A stretch of DNA of 64,000 nt, taken from an uncultured Gammaproteobacteria bacterium (GTDB lineage: Bacteria; Patescibacteriota; Microgenomatia; UBA10105; UBA927). The first letter of the stretch is position 1. The number at the start of each line of letters is the position of its first letter. Of the stretch, positions 9,323 through 18,696 are shown piece after piece. The notes under the pieces were generated by a model. That model was not told the DNA's origin. It saw only the letters and a list, made by a program, of their open reading frames with translations, and made no database searches. The position numbers and the translations under genes are program-made. The stretch covers positions 29,941 to 93,940 of the forward strand of contig CAZGOA010000003.1 of the NCBI GenBank assembly GCA_964527425.1, written 5' to 3'.

Positions 9323-10639
9323 ATGCCTGCCTATACCAGTAAACTTGTTGATCCTGGCGTGTGTATTGTATTTGCCTATGCTCCTGCTGGATTGGGTCAC
9401 TTACGAGTGACTGATGCGCTGTATCATGGTCTACCTCAGGAATGCGATCCAATGCTTTTGCCTGATACTGCTGTGTCTGTTAAGACTCTCCATAGGTTGA
9501 CAAGTAGTAATCCTTTTGCAAAGCGTTTTTTTGAATGGTCTCAGCAAGGAGTACCAGAAACGATTATTACGAGAATATATCGTTTCATGCTTCATCAGGA
9601 TGCCCGTTTCATGCAGAAACGATTATTAGAGTTATTAAAACAACGAATTCAATTACCTCATACATTGGTTATTGTAGCCACTCATTATGGTATTGCTCAC
9701 CAGGTATCTGTAATAAAAAAAGATCTAGAACGTTTAGGAAATGTTCGAGTGTTGCTCGTTGTTCAAGTAACAGATGATAGTCCTCAGAAACTCTGGTACG
9801 TACCACATGCCGATTTACTCTGTGTGCCAAGTGAATTTACATATACATCACTACAGACATATGGTAGATTGGAACATTTAGGCAAAAGTCGAATTGTTAT
9901 TCTTCCATATCCTGTGAGTCCACGCCTATTACAACCACGTTCTCAGCAAGATATGGACTTAGCGATGCATCAAACTGATCCGTTAAGTCAGGTGCTTATT
10001 CATACGGTAATCCCAATATCAGGTGCTGCAGTCGGAATACCATATTTGAGAAAATTGATGCATAAACTTCATACATTAGAACCCAGAATGCGATTTCATA
10101 TTATTGTAAAACGCTCAATATTTACCCTATCTGCAATCCGATCCTGGAAACGAAAAGGATATATGTATGTATATGAATCTCGTTCTGATAGAGAGATTAT
10201 TGATCTATATGAACGTGTATATGAGCAGGAAAAAATTGTATTGGAGATAACTAAACCATCTGAACAGTCATTTAAAGCACTTATTCCGCCCAACAGGCAA
10301 GGGGGGAGTATTTTACTTTTTGCACCTCCTGTTGGAAGACAGGAGTATGATAATGTAAGTTTTTTACAGCGTAATGGGTTAATCCCGTCTGGTGAGGAAT
10401 ATAGACAATTGTGCGACGTCTTGAATTTAGAACAAAATAGACCTATTCCATTACCCATATCCCATTGGCGCGGGTTTAGACTTTCTGATGATCCAGTCAT
10501 TGCAGCTAAATGGATAAGTCGTGCATTAACATTTAGGATTTTTCAGTCTATGATTTCTGGGAAAGAACATAAACGCTCAGATGAAGTGAGTCCTGAGGGT
10601 GTTGAGGAATTCTGGAAGCAAGTGGTGTCGTTGTTATAA
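9323..10639 (+). CDS. GT-B glycosyltransferase, MGDG-synthase/UgtP-like (GT28-related)
   Basis: N-terminal APAGLGHLRVTDAL resembles the GGGH..AA.AL motif of MGDG/diglucosyl-DAG synthases. LWYVPHADLLCVPSE resembles the GT28 C-terminal region. Confidence 0.45.
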   Translation: MPAYTSKLVDPGVCIVFAYAPAGLGHLRVTDALYHGLPQECDPMLLPDTAVSVKTLHRLTSSNPFAKRFFEWSQQGVPETIITRIYRFMLHQDARFMQKRLLELLKQRIQLPHTLVIVATHYGIAHQVSVIKKDLERLGNVRVLLVVQVTDDSPQKLWYVPHADLLCVPSEFTYTSLQTYGRLEHLGKSRIVILPYPVSPRLLQPRSQQDMDLAMHQTDPLSQVLIHTVIPISGAAVGIPYLRKLMHKLHTLEPRMRFHIIVKRSIFTLSAIRSWKRKGYMYVYESRSDREIIDLYERVYEQEKIVLEITKPSEQSFKALIPPNRQGGSILLFAPPVGRQEYDNVSFLQRNGLIPSGEEYRQLCDVLNLEQNRPIPLPISHWRGFRLSDDPVIAAKWISRALTFRIFQSMISGKEHKRSDEVSPEGVEEFWKQVVSLL

Positions 10640-10900
10640 ATATTTTTTAAAAAATATTTGAAAAAAATAATTGTAAATTGTTTTTTTAGTCCTTTTGCCC
10701 GCCAAAAGGACTAAAAGCTCGTGAGCAGGTGAAAGAAGAATGATTTTTTCTCTCTCATTCGTTGGGAGACATGCTTCCCTCGCCAACACTAAAGGTTGGC
10801 CTCTCCCAACACTCATTCGTTCGAAAAACTCTATCATTCTTCTTTCAACGCTCACACTCAGTAAAATTATTATGATATATAAATCTGATATACTTTTGAG

Positions 10901-11812
10901 ATGACTCTTGGTATTAAGGTTGGGCCTCAGAAACAAAGTTTTAATGATCTGGAGCTTACACAAGCTCCATTTTGTGAAGTTTGGTATAACATCTGTAAAA
11001 AAGATGATTACACTGATTTATTTGAGATTGTAAAACGTCGAAATATGGAGGTTGGTCTTCATTTCTGGGGGCATTTAGACGATCAGACCTGGACAAATAT
11101 TGCTTACCCCGATAGTCGTGTCATTTCTGAGTCAATGGCTTTAATGAAAGAAACAATCGACATTGCTGCGACGCATCATTTTCAATATGTAAATATTCAT
11201 CCGAGTAACTATGCCTTATCAAAAATAGATTTTGAAAAACAATCATTTGAACTGTTAACGCCACCTGCACCTGATTCTGTCTGTGAGCAAACCTTTTTTG
11301 AACATCTTACGGCACTCAATACGCATGCTCACAATCGTGGTGTTGTTTTACTTATTGAAACGGTTCCACATTTAGATACGAATGGCTGGCGTGGAACTAG
11401 TCCCAGACTTAGACCTATTAACTTATATGCACCTGACAATTCACTTATCGTGAAAGCCTCTACAATGGGTTTCACGATCGCAAATGACTTCGGGCATACC
11501 AGTTGTACTGTGCAATCTGATAACCGGTCTATTATTTGGCAGCATCTTAATCGTATGACTCATCAATTATTTAACCAAACTCGTTTACTGCATCTTGCAT
11601 ATATTATTCCGCCATATAATGGCACTGATTATCATTCACATCTTGATGCAGATCAGTTTGAATCAGAACTGGCAGTACCGAATAAACAGGAATTAATACA
11701 ACTCCTACATCTCTTTAAAGACCGATCTGATGTCTGGGCTTTAGTTGAACCTGATGGCAGACATGTAGAAAACTATTTCTATGCTAAGAAACTTCTTGAT
11801 TTGGTCGAATAA
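10901..11812 (+). CDS. sugar phosphate isomerase/epimerase-like TIM-barrel protein (xylose isomerase-like fold)
   Basis: GLHFWGHL...YVNIHP...VLLIETVP...DFGHT pattern of AP-endonuclease-2/xylose-isomerase-like TIM barrels. Confidence 0.45.
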   Translation: MTLGIKVGPQKQSFNDLELTQAPFCEVWYNICKKDDYTDLFEIVKRRNMEVGLHFWGHLDDQTWTNIAYPDSRVISESMALMKETIDIAATHHFQYVNIHPSNYALSKIDFEKQSFELLTPPAPDSVCEQTFFEHLTALNTHAHNRGVVLLIETVPHLDTNGWRGTSPRLRPINLYAPDNSLIVKASTMGFTIANDFGHTSCTVQSDNRSIIWQHLNRMTHQLFNQTRLLHLAYIIPPYNGTDYHSHLDADQFESELAVPNKQELIQLLHLFKDRSDVWALVEPDGRHVENYFYAKKLLDLVE

Positions 11813-12832
11813 ACTCTTATTTCATCGTTTAGCTTGTCAGAATAATCTAATTCTGTATTTTTCACGCAAGAGCAGAGGTAACTTGAATCTGTTTAAAGCT
11901 AATACTGACGGTTTATGGCAGATATGATGATTTGAGTTCAAACAGAGCATAAAGCAGAAATACAAAAAGTACTGGTAATTAGAAATAAATAGACAAATAC
12001 CATACAAATAGGTACTGGAAGAAAGAGTTAAAATGAAACCTCTCTTGAGGCTAAATATCAATGTAGCGTCGCAAAAGTATTATTGTCCGACGTATATAGC
12101 TAGCTCACCTTGCCCTCAAAAATGAACACTTTTTGACCTTTATGAAAGTATATGATCAAACATAGATATTCTTGTTATTATGATTCTTCCCAAAGAACCT
12201 CATATACACTCTTTGCCTCCATATCATCTAATAGTAATCACGTAGAAAACACCATGCGTTCAAAAGCTAGTCAATAAGGCGGTGAGTGCTTGCGTCTAAT
12301 CTCAAGTGAGTGACAGCAATGTACAGGTAACTTACCTTTTAATTGCGGGGCAAAAGATTTTTGAGTAGGCAATTTTTGAGACACTTACAGATCGCTGGAA
12401 ACTGCTACTTTAGTCTGCATAAGCAATTCATATTTAGAGCGTTGCAACAGTCTAAATGACACTTTTTGAGGCTGTTTTACAACAAATTGGAACAATACGC
12501 TCTTTCGGGTTTTCTTAGATAGTTGAAATTTCATTGTTCTATCAATCTATTTGACACTTTTTGAGGCTATGATATATAAAAATGAATACATTCTGTTTCT
12601 TTTGAGGGGACATTTAGCAGTAAGGGTGTCGGGTTGATAAATTCTCCCTCACTACGCTCGAGAATAGATTAAATTGTGTAAATGATGAACTCAATACACT
12701 CAAATCAGGTCCTATAACATCGTGAAAACTTTATTAAATTTTCGTGAAAACTTATCCACATTAATATTATAGGCTTATAGTATAACTGTATCATACTATA
12801 TCATCTACTCCTCTCTCCTACTTCTTTTGAAC

Positions 12833-13669
12833 TTAAATAATGCCGTACCAGTTTGTTGTAATCACAAAGATAATCCCCACTATTATGGATACGCTTGCAA
12901 ATTCTATGACGGTCTTTTTATACATACGTTCTACGAGAAATTGTTGGGCCAATCCAGTAACACTATAAAAAATCGTTGTGATCAATAGAGCCTTTATTGA
13001 AGTTTTTACGGGCCAAAACGATAAAACCCATGCAAACTGCGTGAAAAGTACGGTTAATGCAGCAGTTAAATGATACAATCTACTACTCGCCTTTTCTGAT
13101 AATTCAATCGCCCACAAAATTTGAAACACTAACGGAGCACTAAGAAGCATTACCATTACTGTAGTAAACAGAGCATGCTCTCGTAGAGCAAATACTGTGG
13201 AAAGTAACAAAAAATAGGTAATGAGTGTTAGAAGAAACCCAACAGTATGTGCGGCTCTCAATAAGGCAATAGAGCGTTCTGCAGCCACGTTATATATATT
13301 TTCGGTAAGAAGTAACGCATACATTCCTAATATGTATAACGACGCAATTGGAATTCGGGTAATCCATCGAGTTGGGAGTAAAAAATAAAATAGTGTAACT
13401 GCTGCAGTAAACAACGTGGGTAGTGTTAAGAGAGTAACAAATTCTATGCCTTTTAAGTCACGGCGCAGGACAATTGCACTTCCAATGTATGTTAGAACAG
13501 ATAATACAATTGTCATTTGATAGCGATATTCTGGTATTAATTGTGTAAGAATAAGTCCTGCAGTCAGTATAAGACAAACAACCACAAATTCTTGGCGCTT
13601 GGTTAGACCAATGCTCCAGTCTTTAAACTGTATTAAGCTTAATCTTCGTCTCAAACGTATAAATCTCAT
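12833..13669 (-). CDS. hypothetical polytopic membrane protein
   Basis: 278 aa with at least 7 predicted hydrophobic helices and no recognisable motif. Confidence 0.5.
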   Translation of the reverse strand: MRFIRLRRRLSLIQFKDWSIGLTKRQEFVVVCLILTAGLILTQLIPEYRYQMTIVLSVLTYIGSAIVLRRDLKGIEFVTLLTLPTLFTAAVTLFYFLLPTRWITRIPIASLYILGMYALLLTENIYNVAAERSIALLRAAHTVGFLLTLITYFLLLSTVFALREHALFTTVMVMLLSAPLVFQILWAIELSEKASSRLYHLTAALTVLFTQFAWVLSFWPVKTSIKALLITTIFYSVTGLAQQFLVERMYKKTVIEFASVSIIVGIIFVITTNWYGII

Positions 13670-13741
13670 ACATTCTTTCGGATATCTCTCGATTATACAT
13701 GCTTGTTGCTAGATCTAAAAATATGCATGCTTATACACGTG

Positions 13742-14461
13742 TTAACTATTGGTGTAGACTCGCTGAACATCATCCAACTCTTGTAATAAATCAACAATCG
13801 TCTCTATCTTTGTTTGCGTAGATTCGGTAATTTGAATTGGGATTGTTGGGATAAACATTATCTCAGATGAGTCTACTGGAATTGTTCTTGCTTGAAGTTG
13901 ATGCAGAATTGTTTCGAATTGCTCTACCTCACTGATAACCTCAACTTCATTGTCGTAAAACGAAACGTCGCTAGCACCTATTTCGATAAGATAATCTAAT
14001 AGCTCATCATCTGTAAGAGATAGCGGTCTTTTAATGAGAATGATTCCAACTTTTTTAAATTGAAAGGCAACTGAACCTGGTGTCGCAAGACTACCTTCAT
14101 GATGATCAAATATATTTTTTATCTGTGACACAGTACGAGTTTTGTTCTCTGTGGCTGCTTCTATGAGAAATGCCACCCCTTGGGGCCCATACGCCTCATA
14201 CACTAACGATTCCATTTGGTCTTGCCCTCCCCCTTTCCCTTTTGCGATGGCGCGATCAATATTGTCTTTAGGCATGTTTACTTCTTTTGCTTTTTCGATA
14301 GCGAGTCGCAGTTTAAAGTTACTTTGTGGATCAGTTATGCCACCCCCTTCTTTCACTGCAATAGTAATACCCCGACTTGCTCGGGTAAAGGCTTTTGCTT
14401 TAACCACATCAGTTACTGCTTTTTGATGTTTTACTTTTGACCATTTTGAATGACCTGCCAT
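13742..14461 (-). CDS. YebC/PmpR family DNA-binding transcriptional regulator
   Basis: MAGHSKWSKVKHQKAVTDVVKAKAFTRASRGITIAVKEGGG...RAIAKGKGG is the YebC signature. The start is moved to the MAGHSKW Met. Confidence 0.85.
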   Translation of the reverse strand: MAGHSKWSKVKHQKAVTDVVKAKAFTRASRGITIAVKEGGGITDPQSNFKLRLAIEKAKEVNMPKDNIDRAIAKGKGGGQDQMESLVYEAYGPQGVAFLIEAATENKTRTVSQIKNIFDHHEGSLATPGSVAFQFKKVGIILIKRPLSLTDDELLDYLIEIGASDVSFYDNEVEVISEVEQFETILHQLQARTIPVDSSEIMFIPTIPIQITESTQTKIETIVDLLQELDDVQRVYTNS

Positions 14462-14567
14462 ATAATAAAATATATACTGTACAACCAATTCAGTTTTGTC
14501 TTGTTAATACTTGGTATTTTACTCGCTATATTGACTTTTCACAATAAAATCCATACACTCGATTCTC

Positions 14568-15272
14568 ATGAACGGAACGCCTGCAACCGCAGATAAAGCT
14601 ATTCAAGCAGCTCTCAATCAACAATGGGATTTAGCTGTAGAGTGCAATAACGCACTTCTCTCACTCAACGAACATGATATTGACGCCCTCAACAGGATTG
14701 GATTTGCATATATACATTTAGGAAAGCAAAAACAGGCAAAAGAAGTATTTGAAAAAGTATTAACTCTCGATAAATACAACCAAATCGCTCAGAGGAATCT
14801 TACCAAATTAAAAAATAAAGGAAATGTTGAGGTAAATGGAACGGTTGCCTCCCCTCTTATGTTTCTTGAAGAACCCGGTAAAACAAAAGTTGTGGCCTGT
14901 GTAAAACTTGCTCCGGCTGCAACTCTTGCTGCTGTTCGCTGCGGTCAAGAAGTTCATATGAAAGTGAAAAAACATACCATTGAAATACGAGATGATGAAC
15001 AGGTATATCTTGCTGCTCTTCCAGATGATATGTCTTTTAAGTTAAGCCGTTTAATTGATGGCGGAAACCAGTACGTATTGATCGTACGATCTGTTGGTAA
15101 GAATTCACTGAGTGTATTTATACGGGAAACTGTACGAGGCAAAAAGTTTGTCAATCAACCATCGTTTACCCCGACTTCTACTTATGTCCCAACGACTCGA
15201 GCTGAGGATCAAACGGAAAAGCCGGATACTTCTACAACGGGCGAAGAAGAACAAGAAAGTGGTAATGAGTAA
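14568..15272 (+). CDS. hypothetical protein with N-terminal TPR-like repeat and acidic S/T-rich tail
   Basis: LNRIGFAYIHLGKQKQAKEVFEKVLTLDKYNQIAQRNL is TPR-like. No other match. Confidence 0.4.
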   Translation: MNGTPATADKAIQAALNQQWDLAVECNNALLSLNEHDIDALNRIGFAYIHLGKQKQAKEVFEKVLTLDKYNQIAQRNLTKLKNKGNVEVNGTVASPLMFLEEPGKTKVVACVKLAPAATLAAVRCGQEVHMKVKKHTIEIRDDEQVYLAALPDDMSFKLSRLIDGGNQYVLIVRSVGKNSLSVFIRETVRGKKFVNQPSFTPTSTYVPTTRAEDQTEKPDTSTTGEEEQESGNE

Positions 15273-15284
15273 AAACGAAGTTTT

Positions 15285-16268
15285 TTAGTTAGTAATAAAT
15301 CGATCCGCAAAGGTTTTTCCTACTCGAATGGTTAAGTCTGCTTGCTGTTCCTCTTGAATTGTTTCATACTCACATTCAAAAAGAGACATGATACGTTTTG
15401 ATGTTATGCTATCCAGAGATTCTTGATTTCCTGTCATTACACACCCTAGAACTTGTGAATCAGTATCGTTCCCTACTGCAACGACATTAGCGCCTAATTT
15501 GCCAATCATGCGACCCACACGCGCACCGACTGCAGGAGTATTTGTTGTATTATACACTGCTACTCTCAGTGCTTCTTTTCTAACCTGCAATTCTTCAAAC
15601 GCATCCTGAGTACGAATATCAAAGGCTTGTCTGTCGAAACGCAAAAACCACGCACCATCAGGTCCTGTTTGTCTTACGAGTCCGCTACCTTCCTTAATTA
15701 TATATCGTTCAACTCGTTGCGGTTCCATATTTCTAATGCGCCACCATAGTCGTAAGTAGTCAGGAAAGGACATATTTGTATCAAACTTTTTTGTAAGAAA
15801 TGGCACCACATTCGTAAGGGTAATCGTTTCCTGAAGAATTGATATGGGGCCTGACCATTGGGCAAAATCACTTGTACTCGGTACTATGTAATATGGTATA
15901 TGAACTCCTAATTCCTCTGCAAAACTTTCTCTTAGTATGGCAGAAGGGCTGGATTCTGATTTTCCCAGTTGCCATAACGCATCAAGTCGATATTCACCAA
16001 GACCAAATACTCCACTGATATGCGCATCTTTTGTCATTTGGATAATAGTCCAAAAATTTCTGTTTTCATCATAGGAAACAACTTCTACCGGATCGCTTAT
16101 GGTCATAATAGTAAATCTTCCATTTTCAAATGGTTGACGAGCCAATAGCCATATTCCAATCCCTAACAAGCCTATAATCAAAAAGATAATAAAGAGAAAG
16201 CGAACAATTGGAGGAGTATAACGATCTTTACTTCGGGCAGAGGACATAACCTTTATCGTATCAGCCAT
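15285..16268 (-). CDS. membrane-anchored protein with LytR_C-like C-terminal domain
   Basis: One N-terminal TM helix. The C-terminal LRVAVYNTTNTPAVGARVGRMIGKLGANVVAVGN...DLTIRVG resembles the LytR_C domain. Confidence 0.4.
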   Translation of the reverse strand: MADTIKVMSSARSKDRYTPPIVRFLFIIFLIIGLLGIGIWLLARQPFENGRFTIMTISDPVEVVSYDENRNFWTIIQMTKDAHISGVFGLGEYRLDALWQLGKSESSPSAILRESFAEELGVHIPYYIVPSTSDFAQWSGPISILQETITLTNVVPFLTKKFDTNMSFPDYLRLWWRIRNMEPQRVERYIIKEGSGLVRQTGPDGAWFLRFDRQAFDIRTQDAFEELQVRKEALRVAVYNTTNTPAVGARVGRMIGKLGANVVAVGNDTDSQVLGCVMTGNQESLDSITSKRIMSLFECEYETIQEEQQADLTIRVGKTFADRFITN

Positions 16269-17428
16269 TGATGCTCTAACTCAAGGAGTGTTCCTTGTTC
16301 TATCGAGGTATGTATATCCCTTACAAGCCTGTGTAAGAAATACAGATTATGGATTGTTGCCAGTCTATAGGCAAGCAGTTCTCTGACTGAAAATAGATGG
16401 TGCAGGTATGCTTTTGAGTACGTGTTACATACGTAACACTGACAAGTCGTATCAATAGATGATGAATCGGCTTTGTGTGCGGCATTGGTAATATCAATCC
16501 ACCACTTCCCTTTTTGCTTTTGTCGGGTGTAAACGTAGCCACTACGTGCAAGTCGGGTTGCCTGAACACAGTCAAATGTATCTACTCCTGATTTTACTGC
16601 CTGAAAGATATCATCAATTTCACCTACTCCTAATAAATGTCTTGGTTTTTCTTTGGGAAGTATAGGTAAAACCCAGTTAAGCACGTTATACATATCTTGC
16701 TTGCTTTCTCCCACTGATACCCCACCTATAGCAATACCATCTGTATCGAGTTGAGAAATAAATTCTGCTGACTGTTTTCTTAAGTCTTCATAAATACTAC
16801 CTTGTATGGACCCGTACAATGCCTGATAAAGCCCCGTTGACTTATGCGCAAGTAGTCTATGAGCAGATACACTTCTTTGTGCCCAACGATGCGTTCGTTC
16901 CATTGAAGATGTTGCTTCCTCTTTCGTCACTCCATTTGGCGTACAATCATCAAATGCAATATGAATATCGCTTCCTAATTCCCACTGATATTGCATAGAA
17001 ACCTCTGGAGTAAAATCATGATAACTACCGTCCCAATGAGAACGAAACTTTACCCCTTCTTCTGATATGTTTACTAAATTTGGCTGTCCGTCATCTTTTT
17101 CTGCTTTGTGATTATTTGCTAGAGAAAATACCTGAAATCCTCCACTATCAGTAATGATAGGACCATTCCAACTCATGAACGTATGCAGTCCTCCCATTGT
17201 TTTAACTAATTCTATTCCTGGGCGCATAGCCATATGGTAGGTATTCACAAAAAACATTTGAGTTCCTACTTTTTGAATTTCTTCTGGTGTTAAAGATTTA
17301 ACTGTCGCCTGCGTTCCTACAGGAATAAACGCTGGTGTTTGAATATCTCCATGTGGAGTATGGATAACTCCTAAACGAGCATTTGTTTTTGTATCTTTGT
17401 GAATTTCAGTAAAGGAAAATGTGTTCAT
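16253..17428 (-). CDS. tgt: queuine tRNA-ribosyltransferase
   Basis: TPAFIPVGTQATVKSL...VNTYHMAMRPG...ITDSGGFQV...GGVSVGE plus C-terminal Zn-binding CxCxxC...H. Confidence 0.9.
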   Translation of the reverse strand: MNTFSFTEIHKDTKTNARLGVIHTPHGDIQTPAFIPVGTQATVKSLTPEEIQKVGTQMFFVNTYHMAMRPGIELVKTMGGLHTFMSWNGPIITDSGGFQVFSLANNHKAEKDDGQPNLVNISEEGVKFRSHWDGSYHDFTPEVSMQYQWELGSDIHIAFDDCTPNGVTKEEATSSMERTHRWAQRSVSAHRLLAHKSTGLYQALYGSIQGSIYEDLRKQSAEFISQLDTDGIAIGGVSVGESKQDMYNVLNWVLPILPKEKPRHLLGVGEIDDIFQAVKSGVDTFDCVQATRLARSGYVYTRQKQKGKWWIDITNAAHKADSSSIDTTCQCYVCNTYSKAYLHHLFSVRELLAYRLATIHNLYFLHRLVRDIHTSIEQGTLLELEHQWLIR

Positions 17429-17539
17429 ATACTGCGTTTAAAAGGTATGTATTGTAGTAATATTTCAGGTTTTAGAAACTATTATTGAAAACATTGTAAA
17501 ATTTGGGCATGGTCCTGTATCATCTGGACCAACATATCA

Positions 17540-18331
17540 TTATTGTACTGTTTTATGTAATGTTGATAGAACCTGCTGCATATCTTCTGGTATTGGAGCG
17601 TTTATATTCACAGACTCGCTTGTAGTGGGATGATTAAAAGTTATATTAGCAGCATGAAGCATGACCCTGGGAACCCAGGTGCGATCGTCTCTTGCTGTTT
17701 TGCGTCCTGCATAGAGATAATCACCTAATATAGGCCTGTTGATGTATTTTAGATGGACCCTAATCTGATGTGTGCGGCCAGTCTCTGGAAAACATTCTAC
17801 TAACTGATATCGTTCTTTTTTCTTTTTAACTTCTTTTGAGTAAGAAGCAAGCACCTTATATCTCGTTTGTGATTCTTTTCCATCGGGAACAACACCAAAT
17901 TGTTCTTTATTCCATGGTAATCTGCCAATTGGTGCATTGATTGTCCCCTCTTGAGACGGCATTAATTCATGAATGATAGCCAGATAACTTTTTTTAACAG
18001 TTCTATCCATAAACTGTTGTTTTAGCGCACTAAATGATTCTGGAGTTTTGGCTATTAACAAAATTCCCGAGGTTTCTTTATCTATACGGTGAACTATACC
18101 TGAACGATTATAAAATTCTACCACTGGATCATAGACTACTTCTTCACCTTCTGCTTTAACTGGCTTTACGTTAGTTATCCGAGGAGGATTATTCTTTAAC
18201 TCAGGAAATTTATCTTCTAACCAATCCTGTATCGTTTGAGTTTTAACAGATTGTGCCCTATTTACTACAACAGACGGCGGCTTGTTGATTACAAGCATTG
18301 CAGTATCTTCTAGTAAGATAGGTATATTCAT
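17540..18331 (-). CDS. RluA-family pseudouridine synthase (RluC/RluD-like)
   Basis: Catalytic HRIDKETSGILLIAKT motif and overall RluA-family layout. Confidence 0.85.
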   Translation of the reverse strand: MNIPILLEDTAMLVINKPPSVVVNRAQSVKTQTIQDWLEDKFPELKNNPPRITNVKPVKAEGEEVVYDPVVEFYNRSGIVHRIDKETSGILLIAKTPESFSALKQQFMDRTVKKSYLAIIHELMPSQEGTINAPIGRLPWNKEQFGVVPDGKESQTRYKVLASYSKEVKKKKERYQLVECFPETGRTHQIRVHLKYINRPILGDYLYAGRKTARDDRTWVPRVMLHAANITFNHPTTSESVNINAPIPEDMQQVLSTLHKTVQ

Positions 18332-18696
18332 GAAGTCGGCTGATCTGGCAGGACGATCGTTGCTGCAGCCGGAAACACTTTCAGTCGTTCTACGGGAATT
18401 GGTTTTCCGGTTTTCTCACAAATACCATATGTTCCTTCTTTAATTTTATTTAATGCTTTTTGAATGGCTTCTTGTTCTTGGATTAATTCTTCAATCTGTG
18501 CTTGTATTCGATCATGACCTTCTTCTTCTCTTGCTTCCAGATCATTTGCGGCATTGTCGTTTGCATGCTCTGGATCAACAAATGGATCTTGTGCTTTCAG
18601 TTCAGTTAGTCTCTGTAACTTCTCCTGAAGGCTCTGTTGAAGCTTCTCCTGTAATTCCATCAGTTCGCTGTGAGTTATGTGTGTCTGTTGTGTCAT
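18328..18696 (-). CDS. DksA/TraR-family C4 zinc-finger protein
   Basis: Coiled-coil N-terminus and C-terminal Zn-finger region (...GTYGICEKTGKPIPVERL...). Confidence 0.6.
   Translation of the reverse strand: MTQQTHITHSELMELQEKLQQSLQEKLQRLTELKAQDPFVDPEHANDNAANDLEAREEEGHDRIQAQIEELIQEQEAIQKALNKIKEGTYGICEKTGKPIPVERLKVFPAAATIVLPDQPTS

Noticed and set aside
9535-9777. Alternate-frame ORF containing SSGCPFH, reminiscent of the SGCPFGH motif of the 4459-6704 paralogs
   Set aside because: It lies entirely inside, and out of frame with, the well-supported glycosyltransferase CDS. The nucleotide similarity to the motif region is low, so the match is fortuitous.
10692-10718. Hairpin TAGTCCTTTTG-cccgc-CAAAAGGACTA as the rho-independent terminator of the glycosyltransferase gene
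   Set aside because: The U-tract precedes the stem instead of following it on the plus strand, and A's follow it on the minus strand. It is therefore not a canonical intrinsic terminator in either orientation, and it is kept as an unexplained structured element.
10634-10963. 109 aa minus-strand ORF spanning the 10640-10900 spacer
   Set aside because: It runs antisense through hairpin-rich intergenic DNA and into the start of the TIM-barrel gene. It has no RBS and its composition looks non-coding.
11813-12832. Chromosomal origin (oriC) because of a perfect DnaA box TTATCCACA
   Set aside because: There is only one consensus box, no dnaA/dnaN nearby, and the flanking genes converge on the region (plus strand to the left, minus strand to the right). 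That is the opposite of the divergent leading-strand pattern expected at an origin. It is kept only as a low-probability alternative.
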